Positions 33,539-44,586 of a stretch of 64,000 bases of DNA are shown piece by piece. Position 1 is the stretch's first letter; every line of letters begins with the position of its first letter. Under the pieces are notes generated by a model. That model saw nothing but the letters and a program-made list of their open reading frames with translations, ran no database searches and was not told the DNA's origin. The position numbers were made by a program, and so were the translations under genes. Source of the DNA: a virus; IMG/VR virus record IMGVR_UViG_3300014643_000020, positions 45,683-109,682 of that record; one strand, given 5' to 3'.

Positions 33539-36387
33539 ATTGAAAGGATGAAGTATGGACAACCAATATGTATTAGTAAGTCAAGGTATTGAAATATATA
33601 GAACAACTAATAAAGAGTTAGCTGAAAGTATAAAGAATGAAGAAAACAAAGAATATTATAAGTATTGTGAAGAATGTGCTAGTAATAATGAGTTTGCAGT
33701 AGACAATGAAGTATTTATATTTGAAGAAGATTAAGATGAGAGAAAAGGAGAAAAATTTTGGGTAATAAAATTGAATTAGAACTAAGTGGGTTTGGTTGGA
33801 CAATTGAAAAACAACTAAACAAACAAGGATACACATTGGGAGAAAATATAACTAGATATGAAAAACTTAACGATGCGAGAATTATGTTATTCTTACATAG
33901 TTATTTAACAGATAGTGAAAACAACAAATTAGCAAATAAAATTTCTAAAAATATATTCAAAGATATTAAACCAATGTTAAAATGATAGTTTTATATAAAA
34001 TAGAGTGTTGAAAATTCAATAATTATAAGAGGTGAAGTAATGAGTAAAATTAAAACAGTTAGTAGTAGTGATAAAAACATATTTGAAGATAAAGTAAATG
34101 AATTATTAAATTCAGGATATAGTTTAATGTCAGCTTCATGTAGATTTGTAAATAACGACAAATATGATTATTGTGATGTATGGCAAGCTATATTAATTAC
34201 TAAGAATTAAATTAAAAGAGAGGTGAAATAAATGAGCGATTACTGTAAAGAAAAAGTAATAAGATATAGAATATCAGCAAAAGACTTAGGAGTTAATAAA
34301 TTATATGATTTAGAAGATAAATACTCTGATATATTTGAGAGCAGTGAAATTGGCAAATTTCAAGTTGCACCAACAGAAGAAGAGTTTATTGATTATCTAT
34401 TAGATTATTCATATGGCGAAGAATATGGTGATTATGGCAAAGTAAGAAAATTATATGATTCTGAAATTGTGAAATATACTGAAATATTTAAAAATATAAT
34501 ATCAGTAATAAATCCCAATGATTTCAGATTAGTTGAATTTTGTTGGTATAATTCTTCTGAAGCACCAAGTTATTTTGATGAAACAGAAGATGAGTTTTAC
34601 AAAGAAGTATAAGGTGTTAAAAGTAAGATTTTGTATCAAGTAAAAAGGAGTAATTATGATAATTGAAATTGATGAAAGTAAATTACTGTATGAATTTAAT
34701 AAATTAGTTAAAATCTATGAATTAACAAATAAAATATTAGATGGTATACAAAGTGAGAATCATAATGACATCAATAGTTTAGATGACATATTACAAGAAT
34801 TTTATGTTGCAAAGCATGATGTAACAAATTGTGTTGATAGTTATGTATTAAATGATATACCTGATATTTTAATAGATTATATTGTCCTATATGAATCATT
34901 TAAAATTAAAGCTGAAGTAGTAAATAAGTTACATGAGAAATTAATATAAAAGCAATATTTTATAAGAAGAAAAGGAGATTAAAATTATGAATGAAAAAAT
35001 TAAAAAATTAGAAGAATGGGTAAATCAAAATTATGATTCTTCAAAATGTTCATGGACTGCTGAAAGGTCAATGGGTAATTACGATGATTGTTTTAATGAC
35101 GGAATGGAATCACAAAGAAGTTGGGATGCTTATAGTATTGGTAAAATTTTAGGTATGGAGTTAGAAGAACCTGAAGAACCAACATATGATTAGTAGGTGA
35201 AAATAAATGAGAAATTTAGAAGAATTAAAGAAAATAGGTTTGAGATTTGAAAGAGAATCAAGTTGTGAATGTTGCGGGGAATTAGAACCATATTCAGCTA
35301 CATTTAATGATGACTGCACTGATTGGTGTTTATCTTGCTGTTGTGCATGTGCATGTGATATTGACATAACAGATGAAGAAGTAAGGTTAGTAGAACAAGA
35401 ACAATATAGATTGCAAATAAAACATTATAAAAACAGAATAAAAGAACTTGAAGAATTGCTAGTATAAAATTAAGGATTTAAATTAAATTATAATAAAAGG
35501 AGATAAATAAATGAGTTTTTATATGGTACAATCAAGAAGTAATTATGGTAAATCATTATTTGAAGAATATTTTAACACACAATTTAAACTTAAACAGTTA
35601 CCAACATTGAAAAAATCAGATATCAAGCAAGTAATACATAATAATCCAGCTACAATAGTAATATGGTCAGATGGAAGTAAAACAGTAGTTAAATGTCAAG
35701 ATGGTGATACATATAGTGAAGAATTAGGTTTAGCAATGTGTATTTGTAAAAAAGTATTTAGTAATAAGGGTAATTTTAATGAAGTGTTTAAAGAATGGTG
35801 TAGCAAATAGTTTTAAATAATTAAAATAAAATAAAGGAAGTAAAGATGAAAGGAATCGAAAAATTAATTTATGAATTAGCAGAAGGTGCATTTGATATAT
35901 GTCCATCAGATTATGGATTAATGGATGTAGGAAGCACTGGAACTGTAGAAGGCTGTAGCATGTCGTGTAGAGCATGTTGGAATAGTTCTATTCAATTAGA
36001 TTATGGAAATTGTGAGGATGTAGAAAATAATCTTCAAATTGAAGAAATAAAACAAAATGATAATTGTAGTCAATTAAATTATAATATTAAACTAGAACTT
36101 GATGAAGATACGTTAAATGAAATTACGAACCACGTTATGAAGAAAATAGCAGACGGTATTCGTAAAAGCAGAGCAAGTATACCGAAGATGTAAAGTTTAA
36201 AATACACATTTTATACAAAATATAATGTTGAAATTTCAACAAAATAATGATGTTATATTTATTAAAAACTCCACCGAAAAGGTGATTATATATATTTTCT
36301 TTATTAACAGCTTTGCTGATGATATAGATTGTCAACATAAATTTGAACAATTAAATTATAAAAGATTAATTAAAAGAGAGGTAAAAG

Positions 36388-37265
36388 ATGAATAATTTAT
36401 ACGGAAGTTATAATGTAACAGCGAGAATTGTGGGTTTAAACAATAAAAAAATTAAAGAAAATTCACGTAAAAAAGAATTACAATTTGGAGCATTTACTAG
36501 AAAGGATAATGTAATATTCCCTGTAGTTGGTGGTTGGAAACAAGATGATGATGCAGAAATTATTATAACAGTTACTAACGGTGAAGAAAAAAATGATATT
36601 AAAATGTCATATGCAGATGTGAAATTTGGATTAGAAGATAATCAACAAATTAAATATGATATTAAAGTAAAGTCAGAAAATGATAAAGATACACAAAGTT
36701 TAGTACCAGTTGATTCTGTTGATTACATAGTAGAAAATTTCAAAAACGGTCAAACTGTAAAATTGATACTAGATACAGAAGTGGATACATATTTTAAATC
36801 TTTAAAATTTAACATTAAGCAAATGTATATATCATCAAAAAATATAGATTTTACAAGTGAAGATTTTAAAGAAGATTCACATGGCTATCAGTGGATTGCA
36901 TTTAAAGAAGTAAATGATATTGAATTAATAGGTGTTGTTTATAATAGAAAAGATGAGTACATAGAAGTGAAGTTTAAATTAAGTGAATTTGCTACCAAGA
37001 ATGATTTTAAAGACTTCAAAGAGGGAGATATTATTCAAGTTGTATTTGAATACAATAACGTTCCTACATATGAAGAAGTGGTTGTGGAATCTAAAAAAGA
37101 TGATGAACCTAAGTTCCAAGCAAAAGGGAAATATGCTAACAAAGAAATCAATAACAAAAAAACATATCAACAAGTGGAATTAATAATGTCAGTGAAGACA
37201 AAGCAGATATGAGTAAGTTTATGTTTGAAGATAATAGTGATTCAGAAGAAAACATACCATTTTAG
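36388..37265 (+). CDS. Putative single-stranded DNA-binding protein, apparently frameshifted near the 3' end
   Basis: First gene of the replication block. The ORF stops at 37212, while the -1 frame encodes an acidic SSB-type tail ...FEDNSDSEENIPF ending at TAG 37263-37265. Confidence 0.55.
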
Positions 37266-37272
37266 GAGGTAA

Positions 37273-37920
37273 ATGATGACTGATAAAATAGAAAAAGATA
37301 TAGAAATTATAGATACAAAATCAATGAATATATTTCAAAAAATTCAAAATATAAGAGTTGAAATTAAAAAGAAGAGTTTAAAAAAGTCGGGTCATAATAA
37401 ATTTTCAGATTTTAAATATTTTTTACTCGAGGATTTTATAGCTGAAACAGATGAATTATTGCTAAAATACGGATTATTCACACATGAAGATATAAGGCAA
37501 GAAACTGCGACTCTATTTGTAATTGATACTGATAAGCCAAATGACGAACCATTTACAATTACAATAGAAACAGCGAATGTTGAATTAAAAGGCATGAACG
37601 CAATTCAAAATATTGGAAGTAAAATTACATATACGAAAAGATATTTATACGTTGAATTACTTAACTTAGCCGAAGGTGATAATGTAGATGCTTCAAGCGG
37701 AAAAGAAGAAAAGAAAAAACCAAATAAAAAAGAAGATGATGATGGGGAAAAATCTAATTTAGAAAAATTAAAAGATATGATGACTGAATTATCAAACAAT
37801 GGTAAAAAAGATGAAGCTTCAGAAGTATTAAGTAAGATTGCAAAGGTAAAAAATCCTAATAGTATAAAAGATGAAAATATAATATTAGAAGTTATAGCAG
37901 GATTAGAAAAAATAAAATAA
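37273..37920 (+). CDS. ERF-family ssDNA-annealing recombinase
   Basis: KKSGHNKFSDFKYFLLEDF and QNIGSKITYTKRY motifs. Confidence 0.85.
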   Translation: MMTDKIEKDIEIIDTKSMNIFQKIQNIRVEIKKKSLKKSGHNKFSDFKYFLLEDFIAETDELLLKYGLFTHEDIRQETATLFVIDTDKPNDEPFTITIETANVELKGMNAIQNIGSKITYTKRYLYVELLNLAEGDNVDASSGKEEKKKPNKKEDDDGEKSNLEKLKDMMTELSNNGKKDEASEVLSKIAKVKNPNSIKDENIILEVIAGLEKIK

Positions 37921-37949
37921 GAGTATCGCCCCTTAATTGGGGCGTATTC
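37921..37949 (+). terminator. GC-rich hairpin (terminator or processing site)
   Basis: CGCCCC-TTAATT-GGGGCG. Confidence 0.5.
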
Positions 37950-37956
37950 TACTAAG

Positions 37957-38433
37957 GTGGTGAATAATTTGAGTGATAAACCATGCTCATATAGTTATTG
38001 TGATAATTTAGGAGTTATAACAGGGGAAGAAATAATTATTAAAGGTAAACATTATTGTAAAGAGTGTTACAAGCAACTTACATCGTATAATAATGTAAAA
38101 AAACTTATTGTAGAATTACTCCCAGATTTTATGAAAATGAAAAAAAATTGGCTAGTTGTAAGTAATTTATTAACAACATTAATTGTTGAAAAAAAATACG
38201 AGCCTACTTATATTGAATTTACATTAAATTATATAAAAAAACATAAAAAAGTTTTGAGATATATATATGGGATTGAACATTATTTATATAATCCACTTAT
38301 AAAAGATGAGTATAATAATCAATTTAAGATAGAAAAAATGATTAAAATGTCTAACAGTAAATTTGAGATTAATAAAGAAGAAACGGAATTTAAATTTAAC
38401 ACTTCAAATAACAATTGGACAAATATTATATAA
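37957..38433 (+). CDS. Hypothetical replication-associated protein with N-terminal Cys cluster
   Basis: CSYSYC...HYCKEC; between ERF and the helicase. Confidence 0.55.
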   Translation: MVNNLSDKPCSYSYCDNLGVITGEEIIIKGKHYCKECYKQLTSYNNVKKLIVELLPDFMKMKKNWLVVSNLLTTLIVEKKYEPTYIEFTLNYIKKHKKVLRYIYGIEHYLYNPLIKDEYNNQFKIEKMIKMSNSKFEINKEETEFKFNTSNNNWTNII

Positions 38434-38442
38434 GAGGTACAA

Positions 38443-39825
38443 ATGCCAAACGAAACTAAATTATATGATGAGCAGGCTGAATTAGGGGTTATTGGTACAT
38501 TATTAGTTAATAATGATTACATGCTAAAAACTTCATATCTTAAATCACATCATTTTAAGTTTAAAGAATTAGCATCTATATTTTACGTCATAGAAACATT
38601 GTTGAAACGAAGTATAACTGAATTTGATACATTTAGTGTCATGGGTATTATAAATGCGAGTCCAGCATTATTACAACATTTTAAAGATGCTAATATTAAA
38701 AATATAGACGAATACATTGAAGATTGTAAATTAGTAGCGAGAAATTCATATGAAGAATATCAAATGCTCGAAGAAAGAGTCATAACATTAGCTTTTAAAC
38801 GTAATGCGAAATCCAAACTTCAAGCAATGTTAAATAACTGTGATGATAATAAAATGTCTTTAAATGAGTTCAACTACTATTTACAAAATGAGGTATCAAA
38901 TATGGCTAATGATTATTTATTTGGCAGTGATACTCCATTATTAGCAGAAACAATACATAAAATATGGAATAATATAGTTTCACAACGTACAGGAGCAGAA
39001 ACTATAGGAATACCGTCTAAATATAAAAGTGTCAATAGATATTTTACATATAGAAAAAAAGAGTTAGTTGTTATAGGCGGTAGAGCTAAATCTGGTAAAT
39101 CAGTATATTGTTCAAATGAAGTATATTATCAATTAAAGAATGGAATTAAAGTTGCTATATTTGATACAGAATTAAGTGATGAAATTTGGTTGCCAAGATT
39201 TTTAGCAGAAATAACTGAATTAACGGTACATCAAATCGAAACTGGAAAGTATTCTGCTGAAGAAGAAGAAAAAATCCAAAATGTAGTTAAATGGATTGAA
39301 AAAGGAACATTTATACATAAATATGACCCTGAATGGACAATGGACAAAATTTATACGAGAGCAAAACAAATTAAGTTAAAATACGGATTAGATGTTTTAA
39401 TTTACGATTATATAAAAGCTGATGATGTAGATTTAAATGCTTTAAATATGGCAGAACATTCATATTTAGGTAAACTAACCTCATTTCTAAAGAATAAAGT
39501 TGGTGGTGAATTAGATTTGGCGGTAATTGCTCCAGCACAAATGAACGATAACGAATTAAGATTAGCAGATTCAAGAAAAATTCAACGTTATGCTAGTACA
39601 ATAGCTTATTGGATGGAAAAAGATTTTGACCAAATACAAAGTGATGGAGATGCTGAAGGAACACATTATTTATACATAGATTACAATAGAAATGGTGGAA
39701 AACATAAAAGTGATAGTAAGAAAAAACCTATGACTTATTTGAATTTTGTAATGGATGGTGATAGGGCTAAAATTAATATGGCAAAAGTTGTAGAACATAA
39801 CTTATCATCAACTCCATACGATTAG
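38443..39825 (+). CDS. dnaB: DnaB-like replicative helicase
   Basis: AELGVIG N-terminus, GGRAKSGKS Walker A, FDTE, IYDYIK, PAQMN, ADS. Confidence 0.9.
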   Translation: MPNETKLYDEQAELGVIGTLLVNNDYMLKTSYLKSHHFKFKELASIFYVIETLLKRSITEFDTFSVMGIINASPALLQHFKDANIKNIDEYIEDCKLVARNSYEEYQMLEERVITLAFKRNAKSKLQAMLNNCDDNKMSLNEFNYYLQNEVSNMANDYLFGSDTPLLAETIHKIWNNIVSQRTGAETIGIPSKYKSVNRYFTYRKKELVVIGGRAKSGKSVYCSNEVYYQLKNGIKVAIFDTELSDEIWLPRFLAEITELTVHQIETGKYSAEEEEKIQNVVKWIEKGTFIHKYDPEWTMDKIYTRAKQIKLKYGLDVLIYDYIKADDVDLNALNMAEHSYLGKLTSFLKNKVGGELDLAVIAPAQMNDNELRLADSRKIQRYASTIAYWMEKDFDQIQSDGDAEGTHYLYIDYNRNGGKHKSDSKKKPMTYLNFVMDGDRAKINMAKVVEHNLSSTPYD

Positions 39826-39834
39826 GAGGATAAA

Positions 39835-40875
39835 ATGATTTCAGGTATTGAGTTAAAGAAAATATTATATCAAGAGCCAAGATTAATTAAACAGTTGTTA
39901 ATTTCAATGGGATGCAGACATGTTTTTATGGATAAATACAAAATTACATCAACACGCCCTGATGATGATGCTGACAATAAGGGTTCTGTATACATTAGAT
40001 TAAATGAATTATTAAAAGCTAAATGTTATACGAGACCAGAGTTTGAAAATAATTATGAGATTTGCGATATAATATCTTTAACTCAATTTTTTTTAAACTT
40101 GGAATTAGATGAAGCAATTAAATACATATGTACACAATGCGGGATAGATGGCTATAAAGAATATAAAAAGCAAGAAGAGAGCAGTAGCTTAAAGTTTCTA
40201 AGAAGATATAAAAGAATTGTAAATAATGAACCATTAGAGGATGAAAATATAATATTAGATGAAAGTATATTGGATTATTATATTAATTCGCCTTGTAAAA
40301 TTTTCACAGATGATGGGATTGATATTGTAACACAAGAATATTTTGGGGTTATATATAGTTTAATTGATAATAGAGCATGTTTTCCAATTAGAAATTATAA
40401 AGGGGAATTGATATCTGTAAAAGGTCGCACGCTTTATAATGATTACTTAGAAAGAGGAATTGCTAAATATCTATATGATTATTATTGCCAAAGTGAAAAT
40501 CTATTGTTTGGTGAATGGGAAAATAGTGAATTTATAAAGTATGTTGATTATGTGATAATTTTTGAATCTGAAAAGTCAGTTATGAAAGCATGGCAATATG
40601 GATATAGAAATTGTTTAGCAATTAGTAAAAAGTCAATAAGTAGAAAACAATTACTTAGAATTTTAGCATTAGGAAAGAAAGTAATATTGGCGTTTGATAG
40701 TGACGTAACAGAGAATGAAATTAAAATAGAATGTAAGAAGTTTAAAAATTTAGTAAAAGTTTATTACATATATGACTGGTTAAAAATTTTAAAAGAGAAA
40801 GAAGCACCGATTGATAGAGGGAAAGATGTTTTTAAGAAACTATTAAGTGAGTGCTTGTTTGAGTATAAGGAGTGA
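39835..40875 (+). CDS. dnaG: DNA primase (TOPRIM)
   Basis: FPIRN..GELISVKGR, FESEKS, AFDSD. Confidence 0.85.
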   Translation: MISGIELKKILYQEPRLIKQLLISMGCRHVFMDKYKITSTRPDDDADNKGSVYIRLNELLKAKCYTRPEFENNYEICDIISLTQFFLNLELDEAIKYICTQCGIDGYKEYKKQEESSSLKFLRRYKRIVNNEPLEDENIILDESILDYYINSPCKIFTDDGIDIVTQEYFGVIYSLIDNRACFPIRNYKGELISVKGRTLYNDYLERGIAKYLYDYYCQSENLLFGEWENSEFIKYVDYVIIFESEKSVMKAWQYGYRNCLAISKKSISRKQLLRILALGKKVILAFDSDVTENEIKIECKKFKNLVKVYYIYDWLKILKEKEAPIDRGKDVFKKLLSECLFEYKE

Positions 40876-40879
40876 TTGA

Positions 40880-41686
40880 GTGAAAATTGATAAACTACAA
40901 GATAGAATTAGTGACATGACTTGGAGTTATAGTAGGATTAACAGTTTTAAAACTTGTAAATTGATGTGGTTTTTAACTTATTATGTAAAGAATAAAAAAT
41001 CAATCCAAAATGCGTTTGCAGAGAGTGGAACTTTCGGTCATTTACTATTAGAGAAGTTTGCAAAAGGGGAACTTTATGCATGGGATTTAATTGATGAATT
41101 TATAGATGGTTATGATGAAAATGTAACAATGCGATTTCCATATAATAAATATGTCGATTTAGGTGAAAAAAATTATAATTGTGGATTAAATTACTTTGAA
41201 AAATTCGAGGGATTTGATGATATTGGAACTATAGTTGGTGCTGAAATTGAAGTTGATACCTACTTAGAAGATGGAGATATAAAATATCCCTATATTGGAT
41301 TTATAGATTTGTTATTAAAAGATAATGGAGAGTACATAGTTTTAGACCATAAAAGTAAGAGTAAATTTAAAAACAAAAAAGAACAAGCTGAATATAGTAG
41401 ACAGTTATATACATATTGTAAATACGTTAAAGAAAAGTATGGTAAATTCCCAAAAGAATTAATATTTAATATGTTTAATGCTGATGATTTAGTGAGAATT
41501 GAATTTAATATTGATGATTATAATGAAGCTATAAAATGGTGTATTGATTCTATAAATGAAATTAAAAATGAAGTAGAGTTTAATAAATATATAGATGAAT
41601 TTTTCTGTAAAAATCTTTGTAATCATAGAGAAATTTGTGGTTTTGAAGAAAAGGATAAAGCAATAAAGGAAGTGGAAGAATGCTAG
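40880..41686 (+). CDS. PD-(D/E)XK nuclease (RecB/Cas4-like) with Fe-S-type cysteines
   Basis: WSYSRI...C, GFIDLL, VLDHKS, QLYTY, C-terminal CKNLCNHREIC. Confidence 0.85.
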   Translation: MKIDKLQDRISDMTWSYSRINSFKTCKLMWFLTYYVKNKKSIQNAFAESGTFGHLLLEKFAKGELYAWDLIDEFIDGYDENVTMRFPYNKYVDLGEKNYNCGLNYFEKFEGFDDIGTIVGAEIEVDTYLEDGDIKYPYIGFIDLLLKDNGEYIVLDHKSKSKFKNKKEQAEYSRQLYTYCKYVKEKYGKFPKELIFNMFNADDLVRIEFNIDDYNEAIKWCIDSINEIKNEVEFNKYIDEFFCKNLCNHREICGFEEKDKAIKEVEEC

Positions 41687-44079
41687 TATATGACTGCGAG
41701 GTATTTATAAAAGATTGGATGTTTGTCTTTAAAGATACGGAAACATTAGAAGAAACATCTATTGTTAATGATAAAGACAAATTACAAGAATTATATAATG
41801 TAAATAAGGACACTATTTTTATAGGTTATAATTCAAGACATTATGACCAATACATATTTAAAGGTATTTTATTAGGATTAAACCCGAAGAAGATTAATGA
41901 CTTCATAATTGAACAAGGTATGAATGGCGGTATGTTTGACAAAAGAATGAAAGATATTTTATTACTTAATTATGATTGCCAAATTGACAAGTTAAAATCA
42001 TTGAAACAATTAGAAGGATTTATGGGAAATGATATAAGGGAAACTACAGTACCATTTAATATTGAAAGAAAATTAACTAATGATGAATTATTGGAAGTGG
42101 AGAAATACTGTAAGCATGATGTTAGACAAACATTAGAAGTATTTAATAAACAAATAGAAGAATTTGAAAGTCATATATCATTAGTTAAAGCATTTAATAT
42201 GCCAATTGAAAATTTAAATAAAACAAAGGCTCAATTATCAGCTATGATTTTGGGGGCTGATAAGAGTATAAAACGATATGATGAGTTTAATATCACATTA
42301 CCTGACACTTTAGAATTAAGTGAGAAATATAAATATATTGCTGATTGGTATACTAATCCTAAACATTTTAATTATAAATTGTCATTAAATACTAAAGTTA
42401 TGGGTGTTCCACATAAATTTGCATGGGGAGGTTGTCATGGTAGTGTTGATAATTATTTTGGAGAAGGGTTCTTTGTAATGTCAGATATTGCTTCAATGTA
42501 TCCTGCATTAATGATAGAATATAAATTATTATCAAGAAATGTACCTCATCCAGAACGTTATAAGGAAATTCGTGATGAAAGAATTAGACTTAAAAAGATT
42601 AAAGACCCAACACAATTACCAATGAAGATTGTACTTAACTCCACATTTGGGGCTTCTAAAGATAAATTTAATTCCTTATATGACCCTTTAATGGCTAATA
42701 ATGTTTGTATATATGGACAATTATTAATATTAGATTTATTAGATAAATTAGATGGATTTTGTGAACTCATACAAACAAATACGGATGGAGTGCTTGTAAA
42801 ATTAAGAAGTAAAAATGATTTTGAAAAATATGTTGAAATATGTAATGAATGGTCAAGACGTACAAGATTAGATTTGGAACACGATATATATGTCAAGGTA
42901 ATACAAAAAGATGTTAATAATTATATTATAGTTGACCAAAAAGGAAAAATAAAATCAAAAGGTGGATATGTAAAGAAACTAAATGATTTAGATTATGATT
43001 TACCAATTATAAATAAAGCTTTGGTGGAGAAATTAGTTAACAATGTACCGATTGAAGATACTATTTTAAACAGTAATAGTCTAAAAGAATTTCAAAAAAT
43101 AGTCAAGCTATCTGGTAAATATAATCATGTAATACATAATAATTCTAAGTTAGATGAGAAAGTGCAACGAGTATTTGCATCTACTAATGTTAATGATAGT
43201 GGATTATATAAAGTTAAAAATGAAACTCTTGAAAAGGTAGCTAATACACCAGAAAGTTGCTTTATTTATAATGATAATGTAAATGATAAGGAATGTCCTA
43301 TTACTTTAGATAAGCAATGGTATGTTGATTTAGCAAATAAAAGATATTTAGATTTTATGGAGCGTGAAAAAACATTAAATGAAATTGACTTTTATGATTT
43401 GATTCAAGAACATTATGATTCATTTTTAGAATTAATAAGAGATATTAAAAGTAAAACCGAACTGAAGTCAAAAGAATTAGATTTGCTAATTAAAATAGGA
43501 TATTTTGAACAGTATGGTTCAATTAAAAAATTATTAAAAATAGTCGAACTCAACAAAAAACTAAATAATAAAAAAAATATTGATAAAGAAAAATTAGAAG
43601 AATTAGGAATTGATATTAATTTAGCATTGAAATATGGTAGAGAAACTTTAAAACAAATTAAAGATTTAAATTCAGAATTATTGCTACTGGATATTATTGC
43701 TCAATTATCAAATGATGAATTTAATATTGTAGATTTAGTTAAATTACAATTAGAAGCTAGTAAACGTATCATGTATGTTAATCCTCAATTAGATAAAAGA
43801 TATGGAGTAGTTCAAGAAGTTGATAATAAATATAAAAATCCAACATTGGTTATATATTGTCTTAACAATGGTAAAACTTCAGAAGTAAAGCTATCGGGAA
43901 AAATATTTGAATATAAACCATTTATCGAGGGTGATATATTATATATTATGTATGAAAAATTACCTAAATCAATTCAAAACGGTGTTAAAGCAAATGGTAA
44001 GCCTAATTGGGTAAAAGATTTTACTCAAATGGAGTGGTGGATAAAAGATTATAATATTATAAAAGAATTAAACAATTAA
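41680..44079 (+). CDS. Family B-type DNA polymerase with 3'-5' exonuclease and an extra ~240-aa C-terminal region
   Basis: YDCE and GYNSRHYD exonuclease motifs; SDIASMYP, KIVLNSTFG and NTDG polymerase motifs; tail after LDKQWY...DF contains LIKIGYFEQYG. Confidence 0.85.
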   Translation: MLVYDCEVFIKDWMFVFKDTETLEETSIVNDKDKLQELYNVNKDTIFIGYNSRHYDQYIFKGILLGLNPKKINDFIIEQGMNGGMFDKRMKDILLLNYDCQIDKLKSLKQLEGFMGNDIRETTVPFNIERKLTNDELLEVEKYCKHDVRQTLEVFNKQIEEFESHISLVKAFNMPIENLNKTKAQLSAMILGADKSIKRYDEFNITLPDTLELSEKYKYIADWYTNPKHFNYKLSLNTKVMGVPHKFAWGGCHGSVDNYFGEGFFVMSDIASMYPALMIEYKLLSRNVPHPERYKEIRDERIRLKKIKDPTQLPMKIVLNSTFGASKDKFNSLYDPLMANNVCIYGQLLILDLLDKLDGFCELIQTNTDGVLVKLRSKNDFEKYVEICNEWSRRTRLDLEHDIYVKVIQKDVNNYIIVDQKGKIKSKGGYVKKLNDLDYDLPIINKALVEKLVNNVPIEDTILNSNSLKEFQKIVKLSGKYNHVIHNNSKLDEKVQRVFASTNVNDSGLYKVKNETLEKVANTPESCFIYNDNVNDKECPITLDKQWYVDLANKRYLDFMEREKTLNEIDFYDLIQEHYDSFLELIRDIKSKTELKSKELDLLIKIGYFEQYGSIKKLLKIVELNKKLNNKKNIDKEKLEELGIDINLALKYGRETLKQIKDLNSELLLLDIIAQLSNDEFNIVDLVKLQLEASKRIMYVNPQLDKRYGVVQEVDNKYKNPTLVIYCLNNGKTSEVKLSGKIFEYKPFIEGDILYIMYEKLPKSIQNGVKANGKPNWVKDFTQMEWWIKDYNIIKELNN

Positions 44080-44091
44080 TTTATAAAAGTA

Positions 44092-44120
44092 TTGACATTA
44101 AATATTTACTGTGTTAATAT
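44092..44120 (+). promoter_or_regulatory. Extended -10 sigmaA promoter
   Basis: TTGACA 44092-44097, 17 bp, TG-n-TAATAT; operators at 44071-44086 and 44224-44239. Confidence 0.75.
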
Positions 44121-44257
44121 ATAGAAAAGGAACAAATACATGAATAGTTGTATTATAAAATTAGGTTTTTAATCTAATTTTCAGTAAAATAAGCGTTGAA
44201 ATTTCAATGTTATAAAAATATTAAACAATTAAATTATAAAAGAAAGGAACGTAGAAA

Positions 44258-44586
44258 ATGATAGTATATGCTGTAGAAGAACATAGTGGCAGTTATGAAG
44301 ATTACAGTTACATAATCAATCATATCTATGATTCAAAAGAAAAAGCAGAACAATATATAAAAATAGAAAAGGAAAGATGGAAAAAGCTTAAAGAACATTC
44401 CGATATGTGTAACGTTTGTGAATTATATTGGAATGACGTGGAAAGACTTCAAGAACTACTTAATGAAAAATATAGAAAAAATGTCCAAAGTTTAATTTAA
44501 ATAATGAAGGTCATTTAGAATGTTATGAGTATGTTAGTTTTGATGAAATTCCAGATTTTGAGATTAAAGAATATGATATCGAATGA
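44258..44586 (+). pseudogene. Hypothetical gene with a frameshift in an A run
   Basis: ORF stops at 44500; a shifted frame from the A6 run at ~44476-44481 reads KCPKFNLN...KEYDIE to TGA 44584-44586. Confidence 0.45.

Larger units (their letters stand above)
29273..36193 (+). other. Second array of small hypothetical genes
   Basis: ~22 short co-oriented ORFs with RBS; many TAAAA-N6-TTTTA junctions. Confidence 0.85.

Noticed and set aside
40880..41686. CRISPR-associated cas4
   Set aside because: It lies in the replication block between primase and polymerase with no cas1/cas2; an ordinary phage PD-(D/E)XK exonuclease is the simpler call
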